From: a virus
Taxonomy: Duplodnaviria > Caudoviricetes
Length of the DNA stretch: 50,124 bases
Direction: 5' to 3' (one strand)
IMG/VR virus record: IMGVR_UViG_3300042505_000942
Coordinates: 1-50,124 of that record
Positions 25,901 through 36,000 of this stretch are shown piece by piece. Position 1 is the first letter of the stretch. Each line of letters opens with the position of its first letter. Under the pieces are notes generated by a model that was given only the letters and a program-made list of their open reading frames with translations, searched no databases and was not told the origin of the DNA. A program made the position numbers and the translations under genes.

Positions 25901-28900
25901 AGACCTATATTAACACCCACAGTGACAGCTGAATTATCAAAATTGATACCCGAGAAGCCTTCGCTAGGGCCTTGTAACTCTATCCGCTCATTAGATACTA
26001 AAAAAGATAATGTACTAGAACCGTCTTTTAAATAAGGTATTGTTATAGTATCCTCTAGTGTTTTCTGAGCATTACCGAAAAGCCCTGACGCATTGCAAGT
26101 AAAAGATCTAGATTCTTTACTTCCATAACTTGCGGCAGTTACTGTTAAAGTAGCGCTAGTACCTACAGTATCACCTAAATCATCTTTCCAAAGATACGTA
26201 ACATTTTGCAGATGTTCTACTCTAGTTTTTAGAATAAATTGCGTAGGGTATGTTGTACCGTCTTCTGATTTTTTAAATGCAGGCGAGGTATTTAAAATAC
26301 TTAAAATAGGCGTCGCTACATTAGGCAGTAGCTTAACAAATGTAATTTGTTTTTCAATAATCGCATTATTATAAGAGGCTTTTACCGTAAATACAGTAAC
26401 ATTATCTGTCCATGAGGTTGTAGTTGTGGCTGTAAAAACGCCTGTACTACTGATCGAAAGAGTCAGTCCTGCAATAGTTTGCGTAGCTGGTGTATATATT
26501 ACACTATTACCTACATTTACTTTTGTTGTTCCAGAATATATATCAAACTTTCCCCCTTTGCCTACAAGAGATATTGGAATGCCTGATGCTAAACACTCAA
26601 CCTGTACAGGATTGTCAGACAAAGTGCCGTTCACTCCACTCTGAGAACTGATTACAGGAGTGGACCATCCTGTTACAGTTACAGGTAATAACATCCCAGC
26701 AGGGGCAGATGCGACAGCTTTCGAAATCCACAAAGGTGCATCTATTGGAGAAGAGGGTATCAGAGGTGACCAATCACCGATAGCAGCCAGAGGGTTTGCA
26801 ACACCAAATGTATAAGTAGTAGACGCAGGTTTTACAGCAGCAGCATTCCTAGTAAAAAGTGATACTTCCGCGACTTGAGCTCCCTCTATTCTGACAGGTA
26901 ATGTCCATTTATAAACAGTACCATCGGAAGCTTTATAACCCGTCATCGACCATAAAAATCCTCTCTGAACGGATGTCAAAAGTGGAGGATCTGTAAACCA
27001 ACCTAGAGGTGCGTCGACAGAATCCGGATAAGAAGCACCGCCGTTCGGTATACCAATCGCTCTAGTGAACACTATATCGACAGAAGACCCTTTACCTGCG
27101 GCACCATCATAAAGTTTAGTAATCGTTTGCTCATCATAAGCACCTCCTGAGGTTTCACATCGTATTGTCAGAACTGACATCCCATTCCAAGCAGCATCAT
27201 CTGCGAAAATAGTAAAAGTTGATTTACCGTTTCGTGCAGGAGCGTTTGGTAAGTTTGTAAAAGTTATATAACTACTTCCAGATTTATAACTCCAAACATA
27301 TCCTGTAGCTGTCCCGAATAGAGTAGCAGTCAATGTAATCGAAGATTGCGTGGGGGTCAGACTGCCGGTTTGATATTTAAAAACAGTCTCCGAAGATACT
27401 GTAATATAATTTGCAGGCTGAATCACTGTGGTATTTACGCCGGGAAGTGTTTCATAAATAGTTTTAGTCTCAATCGTATTCACTCCTGGGAGTGTTTGAT
27501 AGATAGTCTTAGTAACACCTGCTTTGGAAAATATCCCCCAATTGCTGTTACTTTGTTGGTCTGTAGGTAAAGGTAATCCACTGCCACCTACAATACAGCT
27601 CCAACTATTACCTTCAGTATCGTTTACCATCTCTCCAGGGTGATATAGAGTAGCAGGACTATATAAGCCTCTATGAATATTTTTTGTAGCGCCTGGTTGG
27701 GGTATTTCAGGAGCTCCTGATGGTGCCACAATTTTACTAAAATCAATACTTATAGTGTCTGGAGAGCCTTCATTAGATAAAATAATAGAACCATTGGCAG
27801 ACCGAACATCAATACTTCCAAACTTAGCAGCGCCGCTACGATCTAGTCGCCACCCGTGATACCCTCCCTCACCCCAGTGAAAATTCTCAGATTGTACAAT
27901 ATCTCCTATCTGTGCCATACTGGTTATGACAACGTCAGAGGTCATATGAGTTGCACCGATAGATCCTGCAAGAATTTGATCTTTATCTATGAAAGCTTTT
28001 CCAGCGTCAGCTGTTACATCTGAGCCCCCTTTATAAGTACCTAAGATACGCCCTTTAACAGCCTTAGTAAGATCTGTATCACCTTTAACAGTTCGTGAAA
28101 TAGGGTCTAAATATAAATATAAAATTCCACCAGTGTGTGGTAATGTATCACCGGGGACTGTATAAGGATTTTCTCCATTTTTAGAAGCAGTAAAATTTCC
28201 CCAAGATACTGTATTACTAGATGGGTGTGGAACAAACATCAATCCTGCATAAATATAAGAGTCTGGTGTTAAACTGGCCGACGATATGGTCTTAACTTCC
28301 GAAAGATCACCTTCACCATAACTGTCCCGTGCTCGTACTACATAATCATAGTATACATCAGTTGGTGCAGTGAAATTGACTGAATTTTCTGTAACAGTTT
28401 GGGCATTTACTATAACTCCATCCAACATTTGGTAAAACGTAAATCCTGTATATGGACCTTCAACTTCTGTGACTACTGCCAATACACTTTCAAAAGCACG
28501 TACTACATCAAATCTTATTATTTTTGGCTTAGGATTTTCAATCAACAAGCTGCGATGTTCTGCCGATAGATAACCTTCCTGGTCCTGTGAGTATATATTA
28601 ATACCGAACTTTCGAGCACCTGTATTTCCGAACATTCTCACATTGTCTGATAGTGAAAAATCAAAAGAACCACCGCCTTTAGGATCGGGCTTTACAGTAA
28701 AACCGCCACGTACTTCGTTGTGCTCATCCAAGACCTGAATAGCATAATTATTTACTTTCAATTCTTTGAAGTAGAGATTGGCCTTATTGACATACCAGTA
28801 GAGATGAAGATCATCTTTTTCAAACGATAGTGCTGTGGCACTTCCTATTTGGCTCTCCGTTGTATATACTATTGAAGGCGGTTGTAGCGGTGAAGTAGTC

Positions 28901-31722
28901 GCTAGCCAGCCGGAATCTCCAGAGAATGTACCGAGTTCTAGATTATATACTGTTAGACTTTTATCATAAGTGCTTTTTACAAGCATATCCTTCAAGTCTA
29001 GGTATAGCCACATTTTCCCAATGCTCAGCCCATACACCACAGAGCTTGCTGGAATTTGCTTTAGAAACTTACCGTCTTTGAAAATCTTAAATATCCCCCA
29101 GGAAACAGTAGAGCCTGTTTGCAAAGCAGAAAATCCTACCGTGGTGTATTCGCTAGGGTGCATGTCTATGGCATCATTTGTGCTACTAAGCCCAGGTGCA
29201 GAGTGAGTGGTGCCTGAGTATGCCACAACCTTGAAGAAGACACTACCCGACAGAGGTTTATCTATATCTAAGAATGTATTCTCTGTAATGCCTAGAAGCT
29301 TAAATTCTGGCACTTCGCCGTCCACTATTGGTAAGCTGATGTATACATAGTATTTTACATTAGCGATTCTGGCATCACCAATCCAAGAGACAGTGCCAAA
29401 TTTATCCACAACTCCTGTAGCGCCTGGAGTGTAAATGATCTCGCGCGGAGCAGCAATTCCAAAATCTACTAAAGCTTTAGGAATTTTATACTCCAAAGGA
29501 GATTGCACCCATGCTAACTGACTAGCATCAAAACGTTGTGCGGACACTTCACAAGTATTTTCCTCACCCATTTTTACGGAATTTATTCTGAAATACTTGT
29601 TCATGATGTTTAAGGTATCACTATTAAGTAGTACAAAATCTCCGGGTTCAAAATATTTGTCATTAACAATATACTTAAACTTGATTGTATATGCAGACCT
29701 ACTGGTTCTTACAAGCTCTTGAGCTTTTGCGTAAGCATGATAGTAGTCTGTAACACCTTCTGAAAAGGCTTCAGTCTCTAACAATATACCATTATCTTCT
29801 GCCAAAAATTCTGTGTACAATCTGTTATCAGTCTCAACATGCATAAGACCGGAATATCCCGGTTCTCGTGTTGTCCAGAAAATTCTGCTACCTCTAAAGA
29901 GTTCTGCGGCTACAGCCTTGTCTTTAGTTGCATTACCACCTTCTACTGTAATTTTATACTTCGTATAACCCTCGACAGACGATTTCGCTCCTAAAATAAT
30001 AGAAGTGTTTGTTCCAAGTGTTGTAAGTGAGCCTCCTAGACTGTATAACTGCGCTCCATCTTTTGAAAATATTTTTACAAGACAAGAATCATCGCCTGCA
30101 ACATTTAATGTCATAGTACCTTCAGAGTCTTCATCTCTGATTGAAATCCAATAAGTCATTAATGTAGTATTCAAAGTACCTGACCACACTCCATATTTAT
30201 TAAGCAATCTGCCAGGGAGAGCTACCTCATCATAGCTAAACTCAGCCAAAGGGTATCTAATGCCGCCTAAACCTACCGGATATTTAGCATTTACTTTAGG
30301 TGGCCAACTTACAGAATCTTCCTTAAAATCTTCTACTTCATTATGAAACTTTATAGTGCAATAGTTTAAACGTTCAGAAGCTCCCGGCCATGCTATATCC
30401 ACTTTTTGGTCTAACACTAAATCATCGTCTGTGAGTGTTCCAGCTAATTTAATACCTGCATTAGGGTTATTAGGTTCACTAGCTACAGGGAAAGGATATT
30501 GTAAACTTAATTTATATTGCCCCCCAGACCATACTAACCTAGCATCGCCCATGCTCGAAAGAATAGACTCGATATTATCACGAACTGGACGTTTGGTATC
30601 AATAACTATATTACATTCGTAAAGTTTAAGAGTTCTAGAGGTTTCATAAATAGTACCTATTGTAGATTGCCAAATCTTTCCGCCCACTTCGACAGGTGCT
30701 GGTTGACCGTTAGGCAGATGCTCTCCAGTAGCTGACACAGGTGTGTCACATATTAATGATGCTTCATAGAATGATTTTAAATCCAATTCATATGAAACAT
30801 CGACACCTGCACCAGATTCTGTATCTAACAAATAATCGAGCATACATAGTGCAGGGTTATTGGAGTAGTCTCTCGGACCTAACGTGTAAATATCTGCTTG
30901 CGCATCATGAATAATAGATTTGACACGACGACCTTCAATCAAAAATTGTAGTCCAGGTACATTAGTAAATTGAGGGTCATTCCTATCAATTCTAAAAACA
31001 GCTGAAGCATATGCAATCCCAGGAAAAGTAGCACTACCTCTATCTGGGAAATTGGCGGCCATAATGCTGTCACCTAAAGCGGCACCTCCATAATGGAGAT
31101 CTACACGTAGAGCAGTTCTAGGTTTGTCTTTATCATCCCATTTAGTCTTATCAGGTGCTTCCTCAGCTGTGTAGCTAGTTTTCTTCAAAGTTATATCTGA
31201 ACCATAAGTACCTAGAGCAGGATCATCTAAATATCTAGCATCATCTATTACCATATCTAATACTCGAGAGATAGGCCCTAGACACATAGCTTGCTGGAAA
31301 TATAAAAATTCATTTCTAGCGCCCTCGTCATGATCTTTAGCAAGAGTGGTATCTGATGTGTAACTCCAATCTCTATTAACCCATTCTTTTTCACCAGTTA
31401 TTGAATTGATACCAATTTCTTTTAGTGTTCCCGTTTTTTGTACTTTTTGACCAGTGAGTAACTGGAAATCAGAGTTGGGCTCTGCATATTTAAAATCACT
31501 ACTTACTGCATGATATACTCTGACCCCGCCTACTTTTGCGCGACCATAAACAATAGGGAGGCTGTCAGGTTGTCCTTCGGTGACAATCTCATATCCTTTT
31601 CGAGCATCTGCCGCCGCATTATCTTGAACCTTTGACTTCTTCGCCTGCATCATTTGGTATACAGTGAGGCCGATTGACACTGCTACTAACGCTAATTGAA
31701 TAATAGCTACTAATTGCCCCAT
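22906..31722 (-). CDS. Tail tip/central fibre protein (lambda J-like), ~2940 aa
   Basis: LPIVYGRAKVGG, YSNNPALCMLDYL, FEPGDFV, C-terminal GGRMVI...IVDGNGVTRVKLGKL; start at 31722 gives TAATG coupling. Confidence 0.88.
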   Translation of the reverse strand: MGQLVAIIQLALVAVSIGLTVYQMMQAKKSKVQDNAAADARKGYEIVTEGQPDSLPIVYGRAKVGGVRVYHAVSSDFKYAEPNSDFQLLTGQKVQKTGTLKEIGINSITGEKEWVNRDWSYTSDTTLAKDHDEGARNEFLYFQQAMCLGPISRVLDMVIDDARYLDDPALGTYGSDITLKKTSYTAEEAPDKTKWDDKDKPRTALRVDLHYGGAALGDSIMAANFPDRGSATFPGIAYASAVFRIDRNDPQFTNVPGLQFLIEGRRVKSIIHDAQADIYTLGPRDYSNNPALCMLDYLLDTESGAGVDVSYELDLKSFYEASLICDTPVSATGEHLPNGQPAPVEVGGKIWQSTIGTIYETSRTLKLYECNIVIDTKRPVRDNIESILSSMGDARLVWSGGQYKLSLQYPFPVASEPNNPNAGIKLAGTLTDDDLVLDQKVDIAWPGASERLNYCTIKFHNEVEDFKEDSVSWPPKVNAKYPVGLGGIRYPLAEFSYDEVALPGRLLNKYGVWSGTLNTTLMTYWISIRDEDSEGTMTLNVAGDDSCLVKIFSKDGAQLYSLGGSLTTLGTNTSIILGAKSSVEGYTKYKITVEGGNATKDKAVAAELFRGSRIFWTTREPGYSGLMHVETDNRLYTEFLAEDNGILLETEAFSEGVTDYYHAYAKAQELVRTSRSAYTIKFKYIVNDKYFEPGDFVLLNSDTLNIMNKYFRINSVKMGEENTCEVSAQRFDASQLAWVQSPLEYKIPKALVDFGIAAPREIIYTPGATGVVDKFGTVSWIGDARIANVKYYVYISLPIVDGEVPEFKLLGITENTFLDIDKPLSGSVFFKVVAYSGTTHSAPGLSSTNDAIDMHPSEYTTVGFSALQTGSTVSWGIFKIFKDGKFLKQIPASSVVYGLSIGKMWLYLDLKDMLVKSTYDKSLTVYNLELGTFSGDSGWLATTSPLQPPSIVYTTESQIGSATALSFEKDDLHLYWYVNKANLYFKELKVNNYAIQVLDEHNEVRGGFTVKPDPKGGGSFDFSLSDNVRMFGNTGARKFGINIYSQDQEGYLSAEHRSLLIENPKPKIIRFDVVRAFESVLAVVTEVEGPYTGFTFYQMLDGVIVNAQTVTENSVNFTAPTDVYYDYVVRARDSYGEGDLSEVKTISSASLTPDSYIYAGLMFVPHPSSNTVSWGNFTASKNGENPYTVPGDTLPHTGGILYLYLDPISRTVKGDTDLTKAVKGRILGTYKGGSDVTADAGKAFIDKDQILAGSIGATHMTSDVVITSMAQIGDIVQSENFHWGEGGYHGWRLDRSGAAKFGSIDVRSANGSIILSNEGSPDTISIDFSKIVAPSGAPEIPQPGATKNIHRGLYSPATLYHPGEMVNDTEGNSWSCIVGGSGLPLPTDQQSNSNWGIFSKAGVTKTIYQTLPGVNTIETKTIYETLPGVNTTVIQPANYITVSSETVFKYQTGSLTPTQSSITLTATLFGTATGYVWSYKSGSSYITFTNLPNAPARNGKSTFTIFADDAAWNGMSVLTIRCETSGGAYDEQTITKLYDGAAGKGSSVDIVFTRAIGIPNGGASYPDSVDAPLGWFTDPPLLTSVQRGFLWSMTGYKASDGTVYKWTLPVRIEGAQVAEVSLFTRNAAAVKPASTTYTFGVANPLAAIGDWSPLIPSSPIDAPLWISKAVASAPAGMLLPVTVTGWSTPVISSQSGVNGTLSDNPVQVECLASGIPISLVGKGGKFDIYSGTTKVNVGNSVIYTPATQTIAGLTLSISSTGVFTATTTTSWTDNVTVFTVKASYNNAIIEKQITFVKLLPNVATPILSILNTSPAFKKSEDGTTYPTQFILKTRVEHLQNVTYLWKDDLGDTVGTSATLTVTAASYGSKESRSFTCNASGLFGNAQKTLEDTITIPYLKDGSSTLSFLVSNERIELQGPSEGFSGINFDNSAVTVGVNIGLQQLNYQDLGGGANTYKFIAEPIGISFAGGTSSIVADSLTDIITVPDISGITSDSAKLKLTITPRDASGTDLPSTIKYIYYLVNRPYAIAPVVNIQNSSVVFTKNSLAEVSPKKSVLTAIADGFQGTVLYKWFEEGSNVVLQSRTTSDFEINSSDFLAKKTFSISYRCEVHGTYNGNSNHHVSDTATISLLESGGTGPTVLISNESISLQAGPGADNFTGIDTTGKVVQVTAYLGDKRLEYKSTGAFTFTVTKSFVGLTISSKDILRESGRVLEIQAPSYIFANDAYMVLTVTIRNSTGVSIDPIVKTVRYPLSRAGIPGLAQFITLTPSVVVRQKDQKLSTSSVLAELKQTASSGIQNPFKGLLVSTSVFLGGTDAIIHTGSSDSQLSIPIAGSNLTNVSVEAYAPSQSGDITLRTWIRFSGVANPTTSSQISKLPIVGKTAYYGIAFNRLSSDVPSDNPLDYIWQLAASPCKQPTSLTGVDLFTWVDFRNTVTKGTITDAPTIGQQAVRFSFNQATNAETEKSISKWYSLNSASIPASAGKLSRIATNGIVISNDGIDTYNVTLSRPSIVLYATILGVVSNDGLADSGTLISATEGSKELVFDGVGTARGTFTVTASASEGIEVYSTLKKVGNKGEASDIRSISDIQLGGLITFTVKGTLLSGISFNSTLEQTVKKILQGPTGIGGYVINNPNESHSFSVDADGNIGVGGYNGSGTTIRVYHLDTPLTYVGPWISGNPNITKPNEFRILAKASNIQMSLPVTATNGGVIIGDMSGMSGATASVLYTIKAVSESGNPIELSTQQSFSKSVSVGGKGAATVQITCDSKFGTVFPHKDSVPLVLKASKSGFTTAAKVTWSVAKNSPLTLSGDIAGDTITIAESQMTGNSAVIICTVTEGTSTAIDTETISKLGDPDAISGIVFGPEGTPGLTPITGKIPANLMETAVIGTAHIDRIDLHSNQFSLNRDVTTGGRMVIDGDLLTIVDGNGVTRVKLGKLS
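27424..27513 (-). repeat. 2 x 45-bp in-frame tandem duplication
   Basis: TKTIYQTLPGVNTIE / TKTIYETLPGVNTTV, differing mostly at synonymous positions. Confidence 0.8.
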
Positions 31723-32426
31723 TACGCTCTCCCCCATTTAAGTATCATTTTTCCTGAGCCTCCGTAAACTTGGTCACAAGAAGAATCTTTCGGATCCCTC
31801 TTTCTCATAAAATCCCTACTCAGATATACTGACTTTTTTAAATCTAAATTACGCATCGGACTCGACCCTGATATATTTATGAGTAAACTTCCTATAGCCC
31901 CTGTGTCAATAGAACAGGCTACACCATCTATACGTCCTCTGTAAACAATTATCGTATCATTAATATTTACTAAAGGTTGACCTTCCGGAGAACCCACAAT
32001 ATTAGGGCGTGTCTCTATGAAACCAATTCGAGTTTCCATAGATCTGCCAATAAATCGTTTGCTGAAGTAGTTCTGATGTGAATTGATGTCGGTATCATTC
32101 ATATTAGTAAATGACTCATCGTGTAATAGTGAGAAAGAAGGATCGGCTATTGACACTTGATACTGCTCTCTGTCTACATTAGTTGTAGCTTGAGGTGGAT
32201 CTAAAGCTACCAAAGAGTCATCGCTAGGGTATAAAAACCCTAACGGTGGAGTATACCCTGGATTATTATGGTTGGTGCCTATCAATTGTATATCTCTGTA
32301 ATAGGAAGTAGCAGCATAGAAGTTAGGTTTAGCATCACTGTCTTCCTGCATTATCCTAAACATCATAAACGCTTCTATATGACCGCTGGCCAAAATGGCA
32401 GCTACTGAAGGACTAAAAGCTATCAT
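31722..32426 (-). CDS. Tail hub/minor tail protein
   Basis: Position between Dit and tip; IVYRGRID...SPMRNLD...RDPKDSSCDQV..KWG. Confidence 0.7.
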   Translation of the reverse strand: MIAFSPSVAAILASGHIEAFMMFRIMQEDSDAKPNFYAATSYYRDIQLIGTNHNNPGYTPPLGFLYPSDDSLVALDPPQATTNVDREQYQVSIADPSFSLLHDESFTNMNDTDINSHQNYFSKRFIGRSMETRIGFIETRPNIVGSPEGQPLVNINDTIIVYRGRIDGVACSIDTGAIGSLLINISGSSPMRNLDLKKSVYLSRDFMRKRDPKDSSCDQVYGGSGKMILKWGRA

Positions 32427-33040
32427 GACAGTGCCTCGATAAAACGAATAGTTCCGTTATCCATTAAAATACCATCCTCATACACCATACCTCTGACAAT
32501 GTCAGTGTCGTACCTTACTTGCATTCTTACATTATCAGAACATTCGACAATCGTTGCCGCAGCGGCGGGATACCTGAGAGGTGGATATATTTTTACACTT
32601 TTACTGCCTGTTCCAAACACTACTGTCTCCGTAGTCATATATACTTTTCCATGATTGTGGAACTTAATAAAAGTTCCAGCCGGTAGCACACTGCCGGATT
32701 CGCATGTCATATTTACTGAAGACTGACTCGCGATTGCTGCAGTAGCAACCGAAAGCTCCCCTACCATCTTAAGAGAGTTACTGGCTCCAACATTTTGTGG
32801 AGTTGTTATTTCAAATACTGTATCAAACCCTTTTGTGATAAAACTAACCATCAATTCGTTCGCCGACATATTAAGGGGCTCTAGCTTAGCTTCGAGCTCC
32901 CAACGCTGCGGCGAACGTTTATAAGTGGTACGTTTTAAAGAAAGGGCATCTGATACAAATATTGGCTGATTGCTGCGCATTGTCAAAGGACTGACGAAGC
33001 TAGCAATAAGTTGATTGTTTTCAATGATGCCGTATGCCAT
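32423..33040 (-). CDS. Distal tail protein (Dit-like)
   Basis: Directly after TMP; QRWELE, GTFIKF.NH.KVY, IYPPLR, RFIEAL. Confidence 0.72.
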   Translation of the reverse strand: MAYGIIENNQLIASFVSPLTMRSNQPIFVSDALSLKRTTYKRSPQRWELEAKLEPLNMSANELMVSFITKGFDTVFEITTPQNVGASNSLKMVGELSVATAAIASQSSVNMTCESGSVLPAGTFIKFHNHGKVYMTTETVVFGTGSKSVKIYPPLRYPAAAATIVECSDNVRMQVRYDTDIVRGMVYEDGILMDNGTIRFIEALS

Positions 33041-36000
33041 TATCTTCTATAACCTCTTTCTTTGTTTTGTGAATTGACCCCATCCGCAATGGAAGGCATC
33101 ATCTTATAAATCTCAGACTTTGTTTGGCGAGATATATCGCCTGTAATGTTTACATTGATAACTTGCTGTTGAGAGCTATCCTTATTAGATCTAGTGATCA
33201 CATTTGCTTCATTATATGTAGGAGTACGCATCATGGCTGCTGATGCAGACACTAATCCACCCGTAGCCATCTTTCCTGGATTTCCAGAGTTTATACCATG
33301 TAATAAAGCCAAATTAGCCTTAGTAGCCTTAGCGTTCACAACGAACTCACCATTGGAAAGCATCATAGGAATTGAATCGGAAGTGCCAGAGCCAGGACCT
33401 ACGACATGGCCACCTGTAGCTGCGAAAGAAGGCATCATCTTACCCACTTGCCCAACCATTTGACTTAACTGTCCTGTAAGTTGTCCCCACATTCCTGCCC
33501 AATCTATGTTTTCAAAGGCTTTTGTAAACTTATCAGTGAGTCCTTTGAAGATACTTTCATCTACAGCAACACCAGTACCAGCGCCTTTACCCAATACACT
33601 ATCCATTGATAGTGCATTTTCCGTCGAGGTTTTAAGACCTTGTGGCGCTAAACCTCCGGCTACATCTGCACTGAACGCGGACATAGTGTCGAAGTTTCCT
33701 GTAGTAGGATTAAACTTCGACATGGCGTTTCCAGCCTCAGTCAAGTTACCTTGAGAGAAGACTCCAGTGTCTGAATTTAAAACATCTTTACTAAAGTCTC
33801 TAGTAAAATTATCTCCAAGAGCTTTGAAAGAATCATCCATCATAACTTTGACATCTTTTCCGCCGAACGCTGAGGTACCTGCGGCTGATGATGGAAATAT
33901 TCCTGACAATCCCTGCATAGAACGTGCCAAACTGCTCATACCTCCAATGCTACCTGCACCTCCAATACCTAACATCTTATCAGCAGCCACGTTCATCTTG
34001 TTAGCGGCGGACATCATGACAACCTCTGGTTTTCCAGATGTAGTGCTACTATCCCCGCCTAAGAGACCAGAGAACCATGAATAAATCCCACTTCCTGCTT
34101 CAGATAGAGACATTTTGCCAGTGGCCATACTTCCTAAACCTTCTAAGCCACCAACTACTCCTGAATAAACAGTCTCTCCAGTCTTCTGTAGCATCCCTTG
34201 CACAGCGCCGCCTTCTCCAAAACCGGAAGCTTTCATCATACCGTTTGTAAAAGACTCTAGCACATTATCTTTAACAGAATTCATTAGTTTTTCTGCAAAC
34301 GTTCTGAGTGGTGACATATCGTCCATTTTATCGCCATTTAGAAGCCCTTTGAAAGCATCCTTAAATGAGGAAGATATCGCGGATTCAAAAGCTTTCCCGG
34401 CCTCTCTAACAGCTATAGCGTTAGCTTCAATAGCGGACGTCATTCTTTCTAATTGATATACCTGCTCATCGATTTGCTTACGCAAATGTGCCGTAGGCGT
34501 CTTATCCTCTATCGCTTTCGCCAGTGTATCATTTAAACTCGCGATATTACTCAAATATGTCGTTGCCTTACTTAATTGAACGCTATCCATGAGTTGCGCA
34601 ACTCTAGTATCCACTTGTGGTATGTCCGAAACCTTGTGCTCAGAAATCGCAGATCTTTGTCCATGCTCTTTCACGACAGCTGATAGCGCTGCAGACTTAC
34701 TTAAGAATGGGATCGGTTTGACAAATGCTTTTTGAACAGCATCTGAAGGCGTTAATGATCTTTCAAAATCACCAGAAACTGTAGCTACTTTTACAGGCGT
34801 AGGCTCTTTAAAAGACATAGCTAATGGAGTATACTCTTGGACCGGTAATGTAGTAACTTCTGGTGTAGAAGGTTTCGAGGCTACAACTGCGCTAGTAACT
34901 TTCCCCAGATGTTTAGCATTAGCGCGTTTCACTGCGTCTACATAGCCTTGATTTATAATACCTCTTCTAGCCAAACCCCCGGGCCCTTGATTATAGGCTG
35001 ACAACGCACGATCTACGTTTCCATTGTTAACCTCCAACATTTTCGTCAAGTAGTCTACAGCGAATCTCTCAAACTCTTGTGGAGAATTCCCTTGCATAGG
35101 TTTTATGCCGTAGCCAGGATTTCTGCCAGTCGCAGGCATGACTTGCGTCCTTCCTTGGGCTCCCGCTATAGATATTGCATCATCCTTGCCACGAGACTCT
35201 ACATGTATAAGTCCTGGTAATAATTTGAGAGCTACCTCACGCGCTGAACCTTTGAAATCACTATCTTTAGCAACAACTGACTCCGTGACAACACGACTAG
35301 GAGCCGCCGTATCTGTAGGTTTCGGAAGGGCTTTTCCCAACAACGCCATTGTATTTTCTTGAAGAGCTACGATTGCACGCTCTTGAACATCGGCTAATTT
35401 TTCAGTAGGAGTGCTGAGTAACCCAGAAAGAGACTTACCGACATTCTGTAAGGTATCACTCAATTCTTTGACGATCTCAGGAGCATTGTTTCCATCAAAC
35501 TTATTAAGAACATCGATAGCCTCTGGAGGAAGTTTTAAACTTGTATCAAACATAGCTTTATCTAAAATAGACTTAGCTGATGCTTGTTTAGTTAACTCTT
35601 CTCGCTGTGCTGCAGGCAACCCTATGAAAGATCGAAGATCTAGGCCTGTTTCACCTAGTGTACTATTGATCTTACTCAAAGCATCCTTTGCACCTAAGTT
35701 CATACCTTCTTCGGTAGATTTGCGAAGTTCAGTACTAAATGCTATCAATTGCATTTTATTAGCTAACTTATCTTTAACCCGATACAGATTCTTTAGGTCA
35801 TCCGTTATGGTACCTTTACGCAGACTATCTTCCATAGCTATTTTAAAAGCTGTGGCTGTTTGAAGCAATGCCTCTTGTAGGCCGTCTGTCAATTTAAAGA
35901 AATCTATTTCAGAAACCGACGATCCGAAAGCTTCACCGATCATACTAAATTTGTCTGCAAATGTAGAGTTTAATATTTTAGCCCTAGACATTAATTTGTC

